Assembly (NCBI RefSeq): GCF_003086415.1
Contig: NZ_QEFP02000014.1
Location: 1 to 32,000, forward strand
Length of the DNA stretch: 32,000 bases
Direction: 5' to 3'
Source of the DNA: Candidatus Nanobsidianus stetteri
GTDB lineage: Archaea > Nanobdellota > Nanobdellia > Nanobdellales > Nanobdellaceae
Shown one piece after another: positions 15,418 through 23,443 of this stretch; within the stretch, counting starts at the first letter, position 1; each line of letters begins with the position of its first letter. A program made the translations under genes and the position numbers. The notes beneath the pieces are model-generated. The model saw only the letters and a program-made list of their open reading frames with translations, searched no databases and had not been told where the DNA came from.

Positions 15418-16887
15418 ATTATCACAATAATTATTCATTGTTTCATTATTTATTCCTACAAATTCATATAAATAATAATTGTATGTAAATTGATTATTTA
15501 TATTTAATTCTGAAACATTACATGTAGCATTAAAGTAATAATTTCCATTATTATTATAACATTCAGATATGGTTGTACATAAATTTGATAAATAACTTTC
15601 CAATGAATTTTGTGAATTTGAACAGTCAGAAGAATTTTTGTACGGACCAAATTGCAATGTTTCATTATTTATAGAGCAACTTACATTATTATAATTTATC
15701 TGAATATCTACAGGTATTAAAGCTGGATAATATCCATCAGTATAATATGCATAATTTTCTAAAATATTTTCTACAAAACTTGTACTAACTTCTACATTTT
15801 TTTCATTAATAATATTTACACCAGTTATATTATACCAATATCCATTGAATATGTTGATTTTATTCAATACTTGATAATTTAACTTTGATAAAATGGCACT
15901 TACATTATTTAAACATTCCTTCATATATTCACTATATATACTATTTACTATACATTGATTATTTACAATCTGCCCAATTGATTCACATGGTATTACGATT
16001 GTTACATTTGTAATATTTGGATCTTCTACTGGCAAAAGTTGAGATGTATATAGATCTAAAACATAATAATACGGATTATTGAATGAAAAATTTAAATATA
16101 AATTATCTCCGATTGTTTCTTCAGAATATGCACTTTGATATAAATCTATATAATTTGATTGATTTATTAAATTGTTATATATAAATTGAAATGTTTGATT
16201 ATATAAATAATCTATTAATTCATTATAATATAATAAAAAGGGATATATTGAATAACCTATTTGATTATTTAATTCAGGGAAAGTTAAACTTCTTTCATAT
16301 TTATTTAATACAAAGAAATAATATTGTGGATTTGATAATACAAAATTATTAGAACCATCATAATAGAAATCCTGATATGAAAAATTTGCATGTTTAAAAT
16401 TTAAATTTCCATTTAAATATCCGATTTCATTGTTTAAATCTTGACTTACAATGTTTTTAATACTAAAAAATATATTTTCAATATTTTGATAGTTGTTTAC
16501 ATTATTTAAAGGAATTACTGGGACACATAATGAATAAATTATGTTATAATTATTTCCATTATCTTCTATATTGGTTAGATTAAATAAAAAAGGAACTTCA
16601 CATTGAGAATAATAATTTGGAATATTATTTCCAAATATATAATTTATATTATATGTAGATCCTTTAAAAATATTTGTAAAAAGATTATTTAATAAATTAT
16701 ATCTAATATCAAATGGTATATAAACAAATAATATATATAAAAATCCCTGATATGCAATATAATCTTCACTTAAATATTTTAAAGATTGAGTTGCAATTTG
16801 AATCTGGGAATTTAAATAAAATATACCAAAGAGAACTAAAATTATTACTCCTAAGAATAATGCTACTGGTGCTAAAGATGTTTTCAT
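15394..16887 (-). CDS. Surface-locus protein, 497 aa, N-terminal TM anchor, Cys-rich and sequon-rich ectodomain (unknown family)
   Basis: TM 'APVALFLGVIILVLFGIFYL'. I count 12 Cys and many N-x-S/T sequons. It is the last gene of the minus-strand run. Confidence 0.75.
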   Translation of the reverse strand: MKTSLAPVALFLGVIILVLFGIFYLNSQIQIATQSLKYLSEDYIAYQGFLYILFVYIPFDIRYNLLNNLFTNIFKGSTYNINYIFGNNIPNYYSQCEVPFLFNLTNIEDNGNNYNIIYSLCVPVIPLNNVNNYQNIENIFFSIKNIVSQDLNNEIGYLNGNLNFKHANFSYQDFYYDGSNNFVLSNPQYYFFVLNKYERSLTFPELNNQIGYSIYPFLLYYNELIDYLYNQTFQFIYNNLINQSNYIDLYQSAYSEETIGDNLYLNFSFNNPYYYVLDLYTSQLLPVEDPNITNVTIVIPCESIGQIVNNQCIVNSIYSEYMKECLNNVSAILSKLNYQVLNKINIFNGYWYNITGVNIINEKNVEVSTSFVENILENYAYYTDGYYPALIPVDIQINYNNVSCSINNETLQFGPYKNSSDCSNSQNSLESYLSNLCTTISECYNNNGNYYFNATCNVSELNINNQFTYNYYLYEFVGINNETMNNYCDNSFCYIIG

Positions 16888-16918
16888 ATAAATTCAATAA
16901 ATTTTAAAATTATTAACT

Positions 16919-17398
16919 TTAAGTTGAATAACCACTAGTATAATTTACATAAAAGTTATATAATACTGTTGGTGGACAAACATAGAATGTATATGATTCA
17001 CCATTTAAATAAACATAATAATTTATATATTCTTTATTTGGACATGCACCAATGATTGTATTATTATTAAAATAGAATGATAAAATTGTAGCGGAATCAT
17101 TTAAATAATATAACTCTTCATTTGCCAATTCATTTATTATATAATTATCCAATGCTGTATTATTATAAAATCCTGCGTATATATCTATTACAGGTACAGT
17201 TACATTATCAAAATAAATTAAAGAATCTAAAAAACCATTTGCAGATTTATATTCAATACCAACAGCATTTAAACCTGCAATATTATTTAGTGTTGGATTT
17301 CCATAGGAAAATATATTAAAGATAAATATAAATAGTAGAACTATAACAATAATTACTGCAGCAATAAATGATAAAAAGAATCCAATTTGTATTTTCAT
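16919..17398 (-). CDS. Surface-locus protein, 159 aa, N-terminal TM anchor (unknown family)
   Basis: TM 'IGFFLSFIAAVIIVIVLLFIFIF' followed by an Asn/Tyr-rich ectodomain with 2 Cys. Its start overlaps the upstream stop by 4 nt. Confidence 0.7.
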   Translation of the reverse strand: MKIQIGFFLSFIAAVIIVIVLLFIFIFNIFSYGNPTLNNIAGLNAVGIEYKSANGFLDSLIYFDNVTVPVIDIYAGFYNNTALDNYIINELANEELYYLNDSATILSFYFNNNTIIGACPNKEYINYYVYLNGESYTFYVCPPTVLYNFYVNYTSGYST

Positions 17399-18243
17399 TG
17401 TATTTGAGTAATTTTACATGAAGATATATTTATTTGGCCTCCAGCAATTATATTACATGTTTCATTATATATTCCATTCATATAAAGATTTCCTACACCG
17501 TATAAAGATACTATTACTGGTTCTCCACTATCATATTCTGGTAAAGTAATATAATATGATGCTATTGGTTGAATATATACTTCAGTATAATATACAGTTC
17601 CATAAGTTGCAGTAGAATTGAGTATTTCAGTATTATTTATAAATTGATAGTTTTGATACATATATTCTGTCTCATTATATATATATAAACTATAATTATA
17701 GAAATAATTGATTAAAAATTGGTTTAAAGATGGTAGATTTTCGTATGTGTAATCTACATTATAAATATTATATGCAACATAATATGGATTAACATTTATA
17801 TCATTTTCAAAACTAAGGTTATATGGATCATATGAATATGAATTACTTATATTGTTAATATCATAGAAAAAGAAGTATATATAATCGTCATAAGAGAAAT
17901 TTAAATATGTATATATAACTTCATTTGATTGATTTGATTCATTAGTAAAATAATCTAATGTTCCTGAGATATTCATAAAGCATTGTTGATATACATTATT
18001 ATATTCATTGATAATATTTGGATTGGGAGCATAAAATAATAATAATGGATTTCCTGTATCTTCATATAAACAATAATTTAATCTATCAATTAATAAACTA
18101 TTTGTAAATTGCTGATATGTATATTCAGAATACGATTCAATATTAAATAATGCATATAATATTGCTACAATAAAAAATGCGAATATTATAACAACCGCAG
18201 CAGCAATATATTCAATTATATCTTTTAAAGATAATGATCTCAT
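17395..18243 (-). CDS. Surface-locus protein, 282 aa, N-terminal TM anchor (unknown family)
   Basis: N-terminus 'MRSLSLKDIIEYIAAAVVIIFAFFIVAILY' followed by an Asn/Tyr-rich, sequon-rich ectodomain. It has 4-nt overlaps at both ends. Confidence 0.7.
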   Translation of the reverse strand: MRSLSLKDIIEYIAAAVVIIFAFFIVAILYALFNIESYSEYTYQQFTNSLLIDRLNYCLYEDTGNPLLLFYAPNPNIINEYNNVYQQCFMNISGTLDYFTNESNQSNEVIYTYLNFSYDDYIYFFFYDINNISNSYSYDPYNLSFENDINVNPYYVAYNIYNVDYTYENLPSLNQFLINYFYNYSLYIYNETEYMYQNYQFINNTEILNSTATYGTVYYTEVYIQPIASYYITLPEYDSGEPVIVSLYGVGNLYMNGIYNETCNIIAGGQINISSCKITQIQ

Positions 18244-19352
18244 GATGTAGAAGATAATACTGATACATTTAAATATGGTTGGCCTCCAGATTGTACACCC
18301 ACCTTTGATAAAATAATAAACTCTGGAAATACTTGATTACCATTATTATCTACATTTCCTAAATCTAGTTTGAATATATTATCCTGTGAATTATCTTGTG
18401 AATTATAAATGTATGTAAAACTTGTATCACATAAATAATTATTACTACATCCATTATAAAATGTAAACTCGGGATTATAATATATTGACAATGTTAAATA
18501 TGGTTGATATACTGTATATTTTCCATTTGGAATTGACAAAAAGAGCCAATTAGTGCTTTGTTGTATAAATTGATTATAATAGCAACTTGCATATGGACTC
18601 GATGTAGCTTGCCAATATTGATATAAGGTAATTGATGCAGTAAATGCTAAATTAAATGCAAAACCAGCTACAAAATCAGCTGGAGGTGGTAAAACTTCAT
18701 CTAATATCATATCTCCAACCTGCATTATAGTAAATTCTGCAGTAGACCACAAGGTAGGTCCCACAGAAGATTGTAATGCATTAAATATATCTCCCCATAT
18801 GTTATAGTTTCCGGATGCATATTGTAAAAGTGTAGATTGATATGTATATAATCCATATGTACCAGCAGCAGCTATTGCTGTTTGTTTTGCAATTTGAGAT
18901 GAAGATCCAAATACTTTATTTAAAGCATTTAGTAAAGATGTTGTTTTACCACCATACTTTAATCCTGGCAGATATGAAAATACTTCAGCCATAAAAGAAT
19001 TTAATGCATCATCTGCAAGTTGTTGCCATAGATCATTTACATAACATTCTCCAATACTAACTAAAAAATCATTATTATTATATAAAGGAATAAATAGGGC
19101 GGATGATTGTATTGGAGGAATTATCCTAAATTCATAGAAAAATACTGGAGCATTTGTTACAAAAAATGCTGCTGTCATATTCCCAGGTTCTGATGTTGAA
19201 TATGTAATAAAACCAGCAACTTCCAATATTAAATAAGGATTATGTGTACCAAATATTCTTGCAATAATATATGGAAAATATATTCCTATTAGTGATACAA
19301 TTATTAAAAATATTGATGCTATTATTGCATCTAATAATTCATCAACATCCAT
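18240..19352 (-). CDS. Surface-locus protein, 370 aa, N-terminal TM plus an Ala/Gly/Ser-rich helical-looking middle region (unknown family)
   Basis: N-terminus 'MDVDELLDAIIASIFLIIVSLIGIYF'. The middle region ('QIAKQTAIAAAGTYGLYTY', 'DFVAGFAFNLAFTASITLY') differs in composition from its Asn-rich neighbours. Confidence 0.7.
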   Translation of the reverse strand: MDVDELLDAIIASIFLIIVSLIGIYFPYIIARIFGTHNPYLILEVAGFITYSTSEPGNMTAAFFVTNAPVFFYEFRIIPPIQSSALFIPLYNNNDFLVSIGECYVNDLWQQLADDALNSFMAEVFSYLPGLKYGGKTTSLLNALNKVFGSSSQIAKQTAIAAAGTYGLYTYQSTLLQYASGNYNIWGDIFNALQSSVGPTLWSTAEFTIMQVGDMILDEVLPPPADFVAGFAFNLAFTASITLYQYWQATSSPYASCYYNQFIQQSTNWLFLSIPNGKYTVYQPYLTLSIYYNPEFTFYNGCSNNYLCDTSFTYIYNSQDNSQDNIFKLDLGNVDNNGNQVFPEFIILSKVGVQSGGQPYLNVSVLSSTS

Positions 19353-19353
19353 A

Positions 19354-20295
19354 TTATGTAGAAACAGTTTCTCCTATGTATATATTAATATTTGCTGTAT
19401 TTCCGTTACTATTTACCTCTATATCCATTACTGTTGGTGGTAAAGAACCTGCAAAATATAATAATGGAAAGTTTATTTGGAAGTATTGGATAATATAAGT
19501 AAATGTTTCAGAACTTACAATTTCACCTTCAAGATTACTAAGCTGTATTTGAGGATTCTCTGGAAATCCTGACAATTCTACACATACTGATGGATTATAT
19601 GGCAAATTATTGTTATTTGAATTTATATTTGAACTTGGAGCACAAGATATAGAGCCACTTTCTTGATATGTATTACCATTTTCATCAATTGTTGATGTAA
19701 ATGTGCATCCATTATCATTACATGTTATTGTTGTATCATTTACTATAGTAAGAAAGAATGAAGAGGATTCTGGAAAGAAATAATCTATTATATTTACAAA
19801 AATTTGGAGACCACCTAAGTTCTTATTATTAGTAGAATATGCTAATAAACCAGCATTATCATTTAATCCTTGTATGTTTATATTTATTTGATTTATATTA
19901 CTATTTAAGGATATTTGTTTTACTAATTTACAAAATACTAATGCTGGTGCAAATATAATAGTATTTCCATTATCTGTCGTAGAAACATTCCAATATACTA
20001 CTTTAACGGATAAGAGACCTACAACCTGATTTGGAGGAAAACAATGATATAATTGCAAATACCATCCATTATTGTTTGTCAATACAAAAACATAATTATA
20101 GTCATAATTATTTATAAATACTTCTCCATTACCTCCATTATTTATATCATTAGCAATTGAATTTAAATATCCAATATATTTTGCATCATTTCCCATAGCA
20201 ACTCCAATAAATGTCACAATAATAAAGTATATTAAAACTACCAATACAATTAATACTATTATATCAAAAATTATTCTAAGAAAATCTCCTCTCAT
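19354..20295 (-). CDS. Surface-locus protein, 313 aa, N-terminal TM anchor (unknown family)
   Basis: N-terminus 'MRGDFLRIIFDIIVLIVLVVLIYFIIVTFIGV' followed by an Asn-rich ectodomain with Cys pairs. A 1-nt gap separates it from the genes on each side. Confidence 0.7.
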   Translation of the reverse strand: MRGDFLRIIFDIIVLIVLVVLIYFIIVTFIGVAMGNDAKYIGYLNSIANDINNGGNGEVFINNYDYNYVFVLTNNNGWYLQLYHCFPPNQVVGLLSVKVVYWNVSTTDNGNTIIFAPALVFCKLVKQISLNSNINQININIQGLNDNAGLLAYSTNNKNLGGLQIFVNIIDYFFPESSSFFLTIVNDTTITCNDNGCTFTSTIDENGNTYQESGSISCAPSSNINSNNNNLPYNPSVCVELSGFPENPQIQLSNLEGEIVSSETFTYIIQYFQINFPLLYFAGSLPPTVMDIEVNSNGNTANINIYIGETVST

Positions 20296-20296
20296 A

Positions 20297-20458
20297 TTAT
20301 CCTAATCCAGATTGATTTAATATTTTATATCCTACGCTTGTTACATTTGTCTGTATGGAGTTACTTGCTATGTAATAATAAAATATTATAGCTAAAATAA
20401 TTATTACTATTGCAATAATTAAAAATATTAAAAAGTTTATTGAATTATCAGCCTCCAT
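20297..20458 (-). CDS. Mini membrane protein, 53 aa (absent from the ORF track)
   Basis: My manual translation: MEADNSINFLIFLIIAIVIIILAIIFYYYIASNSIQTNVTSVGYKILNQSGLG*. Its ATG overlaps the upstream gene's stop by 11 nt (tATGGAGGCTGA). The TAA stop ends 1 nt before the next gene's start. Confidence 0.6.
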   Translation of the reverse strand: MEADNSINFLIFLIIAIVIIILAIIFYYYIASNSIQTNVTSVGYKILNQSGLG

Positions 20459-20633
20459 AGTTGTTATTATTTATACTATTTACAACATTTGTGCCATTTG
20501 TTTGCGGTATACTATTAAATAAATTTGCTCCACCTTTAAAATAAAAGTACATAAATATTGCTAATAATACTAGAGCAACTATAAATAATATTATTGCTAC
20601 TAAAAATGTATTTACTTGTGTTTTTTTATCCAT
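20448..20633 (-). CDS. Mini membrane protein, 61 aa
   Basis: 'MDKKTQVNTFLVAIILFIVALVLLAIFMYFYFKGGANLFNSIPQTNGTNVVNSINNNNYGG': a short polar N-terminus, one TM and a short Asn-rich tail. Confidence 0.65.
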   Translation of the reverse strand: MDKKTQVNTFLVAIILFIVALVLLAIFMYFYFKGGANLFNSIPQTNGTNVVNSINNNNYGG

Positions 20634-20772
20634 TTCCCCCTATTAATTGATATTGAGCAAATATATTTATATTTAGCCCTAATTTTGGTCCCAATATAAC
20701 AAAAACAAATATTAATATTAATACAGTAAATATCAATGCAAGAATTATCTTTAGAAGTTCTCCAGTTTCCAT
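20626..20772 (-). CDS. Mini membrane protein, 48 aa (absent from the ORF track)
   Basis: My manual translation: METGELLKIILALIFTVLILIFVFVILGPKLGLNINIFAQYQLIGGNG*. Its stop overlaps the next ATG by 8 nt (aATGGATAA). Confidence 0.55.
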   Translation of the reverse strand: METGELLKIILALIFTVLILIFVFVILGPKLGLNINIFAQYQLIGGNG

Positions 20773-20802
20773 TATAAATCTAAAAACTTTGCAATTTATA
20801 AA

Positions 20803-22074
20803 TTAACTTCCACCTGAACTTGAACTTGAACCTGAAATCGATGTTAATAGAATTGCCCTATTTCCCCCTTCATATGTATATTCAATTATTATGCCATTTG
20901 GTAATTGCATATTAGCTGGAATAATTATAACTTGATTCGGTGGAAAATTATTTGAAGTGGACCAGTTTTCATCAACATTACCATTTTGACCTACTTCATA
21001 TGAATTTACTAATAATTTATTATATACATTTGAATCTTGAGGATTTGAAGACATTACACTAGGATCTCTATTACTTAAAACCTGACAAGCAATATTGAAA
21101 TTACTATTATATATCACATTATCTCCATACATAACTTCTAATGGAACCTGATTATAATATTCCATCATATCTAACATACATAAAACATCATTTAATGTAA
21201 CTATATAGTTACTGTTATAGTCAAATAATAATAGGGCATATTCATTATGATTACCTGCTATAGTTACACTTTGTCCTAATGTTTCTCCATATGTATAAAA
21301 TAAATATTTTGCAATTAAATATGTTGCATATAAATTTTGACATTCCGATGATGTTGGATCACTACAATATCCTTGTTGTTCTATATAATTTGCATATGAT
21401 TGATTTAAATCGTTAAGCATTTCATTTACTTGAGCGTTACCAATATTGCTTAAATTCACAGCTACTACGCCTTCTGGAACTAAATAATATAAAATTGGGT
21501 CTTGTATCGCATGTGCCATATTATTTAAGGCATATGATAAAGCATCTAAGCCAAGTGTTCCAAATAATAAACCCGCACCTAAAGGATTTGTAAATACTTT
21601 TTTATATGCATTTCCAATACCAGATGCTATTTTATCTTTTGGAAAACCTCCATTCTCAATATCTTCAAATAGTAGATATTTCTTATTTATATTCTGTATA
21701 GTTTCTTCATCATATCCTATACTCTCCAAAAACTCTACATTCTCATCATAATTTGCCTTAATTCCAGAAACAATACCAGCAACGGTTGTAGCAATAAAAA
21801 CTCCTAATAATACATCATTTGCAATTGTTGCAGCATCAGATATTCCCTGTGCTACTGGATTTATAGTAAAACTTATACTTCCTGCTAATGCATATCCAAA
21901 TTTTGCTTCTGGTCTACCAGCATAACTAAGACCTTTTAATACATTGAAGAAAACTATTATTACAAATATTATAATAATAATTACAATAATAAGTTCTATT
22001 ACACTATCACTTATAGATTTCATATCATTTATAAAAACCTTGGATTTTATTAATTTTTTATAATGAATTTTCAA
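20803..22074 (-). CDS. Surface-locus membrane protein (unknown family), first gene of the minus-strand run
   Basis: The likely true start is the ATG at 22023 ('MKSISDSVIELIIVIIIIIFVIIVFFNVL'). The 51 nt upstream read 'cattataaaaaattaataaaatccaaggtttttataaatgat', which looks like a promoter. Further hydrophobic segments ('VLLGVFIATTVAGIVSGI', 'LGAGLLFGTLGL') are followed by an ectodomain and a Ser/Gly tail. Confidence 0.7.
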   Translation of the reverse strand: MKIHYKKLIKSKVFINDMKSISDSVIELIIVIIIIIFVIIVFFNVLKGLSYAGRPEAKFGYALAGSISFTINPVAQGISDAATIANDVLLGVFIATTVAGIVSGIKANYDENVEFLESIGYDEETIQNINKKYLLFEDIENGGFPKDKIASGIGNAYKKVFTNPLGAGLLFGTLGLDALSYALNNMAHAIQDPILYYLVPEGVVAVNLSNIGNAQVNEMLNDLNQSYANYIEQQGYCSDPTSSECQNLYATYLIAKYLFYTYGETLGQSVTIAGNHNEYALLLFDYNSNYIVTLNDVLCMLDMMEYYNQVPLEVMYGDNVIYNSNFNIACQVLSNRDPSVMSSNPQDSNVYNKLLVNSYEVGQNGNVDENWSTSNNFPPNQVIIIPANMQLPNGIIIEYTYEGGNRAILLTSISGSSSSSGGS

Positions 22075-22115
22075 TAATTATAATACTTAAAAAAATAAAT
22101 AATACTAAAAATTAT

Positions 22116-23345
22116 ATGAAAGATAAAATTAAGGCAATAGTTATATTTTTTATATTATCTTTGATAATGTTGAGTACAAAAATTATGGCACAAACAAATT
22201 TAAATGGCCAACAATATACAAATACATCAATTATAATAATAACTAATAATAGTCGTTTTGGCTATGGGTTTTCAATAACTGGTTATAATGGTCTTGTTTA
22301 TATTTATTATACAGAATTGCAATCATCAATTGCAACTATTAATGGTTTGATATTTAATGGAACTGAAGAAATGAATGCGCCTTTACCAAATTTCAATGAT
22401 TTAGGAGAAGGAAGTCCATTATTAGTTGAATTAAATAATGGATCATTAATGTTGTTATGGGGTGGTGTGCCAATGGGAAATTATAGTTTAAATAATTTAA
22501 CAATTCTTCTTCAAGCTTCAATATTAAATAATAATGTTTGGGGACCTGTTATTAATTTAACAAACAATGGTGATGCATTAAGTTATTATAGTGATGGAAA
22601 TTATATATATTTAGTTTATGAACCTACATTATCCCTTACATATAATAATACAATACTTGAAGAATTAACACTTTCAGGCAATGTTGTTAAATCTTTAAAT
22701 ATTCCGGGTATTGTTGGTATTGTTTCTGCAAATAATGGTTATGCTATTGTTCAATTTGTAAATAGTACTTATGCTTTAATAAACATAAACAATGGAAGTA
22801 TCGAATTTGTAAATGCAACAATTATTGGTTTTATTGGTAATTCTTTATATCAATTTTATAATGGAGTATTAACAATTAATCAAAATTTAACATTTAATTT
22901 GCCAATATATGAAAGTGCATTTCCGATATCATGGAATAATGGATATGTTATAATTGCATGGAGACCTGGTTTATTAAGTGTATACTATTGGAATGGTACA
23001 GAATTACAGCCAGTTGTTAATTATACAGTTCAATTTACAATAATTCCAAGAGCGACAATTTTGAATAATAATCTTTATTTAGCATGGTTTGGATTAAATA
23101 ATATTTCAACGAGTCAAGGTTCAATATATATGGCAATAACACCATTACCTTATCAAATAAATCAATATAATAATATAACAACAACTAATAGTACTATAAA
23201 TAATACTTCTACAATATCAACTTCTAATACTTCCTCATATAATTCAATACAAAATACTACATCGAATAAATCTTTATTTAGTTCAATACCAATTTGGGTT
23301 ATTATAATAGTAGTTGGTATTGTTGTATTTTTTATTTTATATTAG
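22116..23345 (+). CDS. Secreted protein with about seven repeated beta-blade-like units, a Ser/Thr/Asn-rich stalk and a C-terminal TM anchor (unknown family)
   Basis: Signal peptide 'AIVIFFILSLIMLSTKIMAQ'. Motifs recur at about 40-50 aa spacing: 'GYNGLVYIYYTE', 'NNGSLMLLWGG', 'DGNYIYLVYEP', 'NNGYAIVQFVN', 'GNSLYQFYNG', 'NNGYVIIAWRPG', 'NNNLYLAWFG'. The linker is 'TTTNSTINNTSTISTSNTSS' and the C-terminal TM is 'IPIWVIIIVVGIVVFFILY'. Confidence 0.75.
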   Translation: MKDKIKAIVIFFILSLIMLSTKIMAQTNLNGQQYTNTSIIIITNNSRFGYGFSITGYNGLVYIYYTELQSSIATINGLIFNGTEEMNAPLPNFNDLGEGSPLLVELNNGSLMLLWGGVPMGNYSLNNLTILLQASILNNNVWGPVINLTNNGDALSYYSDGNYIYLVYEPTLSLTYNNTILEELTLSGNVVKSLNIPGIVGIVSANNGYAIVQFVNSTYALININNGSIEFVNATIIGFIGNSLYQFYNGVLTINQNLTFNLPIYESAFPISWNNGYVIIAWRPGLLSVYYWNGTELQPVVNYTVQFTIIPRATILNNNLYLAWFGLNNISTSQGSIYMAITPLPYQINQYNNITTTNSTINNTSTISTSNTSSYNSIQNTTSNKSLFSSIPIWVIIIVVGIVVFFILY

Positions 23346-23346
23346 C

Positions 23347-23353
23347 TTTTTTT
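23347..23353 (+). terminator. Oligo-T tract immediately after the stop codon, possible archaeal terminator
   Basis: 'tagcttttttta': a T7 run starts 2 nt after the stop. Support is weak given the AT-rich background. Confidence 0.3.
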
Positions 23354-23443
23354 AGATTATGAAATTAAAAATATTTATAAAATTTTTATAAAAGATTTTA
23401 TTCATTTAATAATTATGAATATAGTTATATTTTTAAAATTTTA

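Noticed and set aside
15197-19498. Short antisense ORFs at 15197..15412, 16713..16907, 17122..17319 and 19271..19498
   Set aside because: Each is nested antisense in a longer gene that fits the operon structure. They have no start context or coupling of their own.
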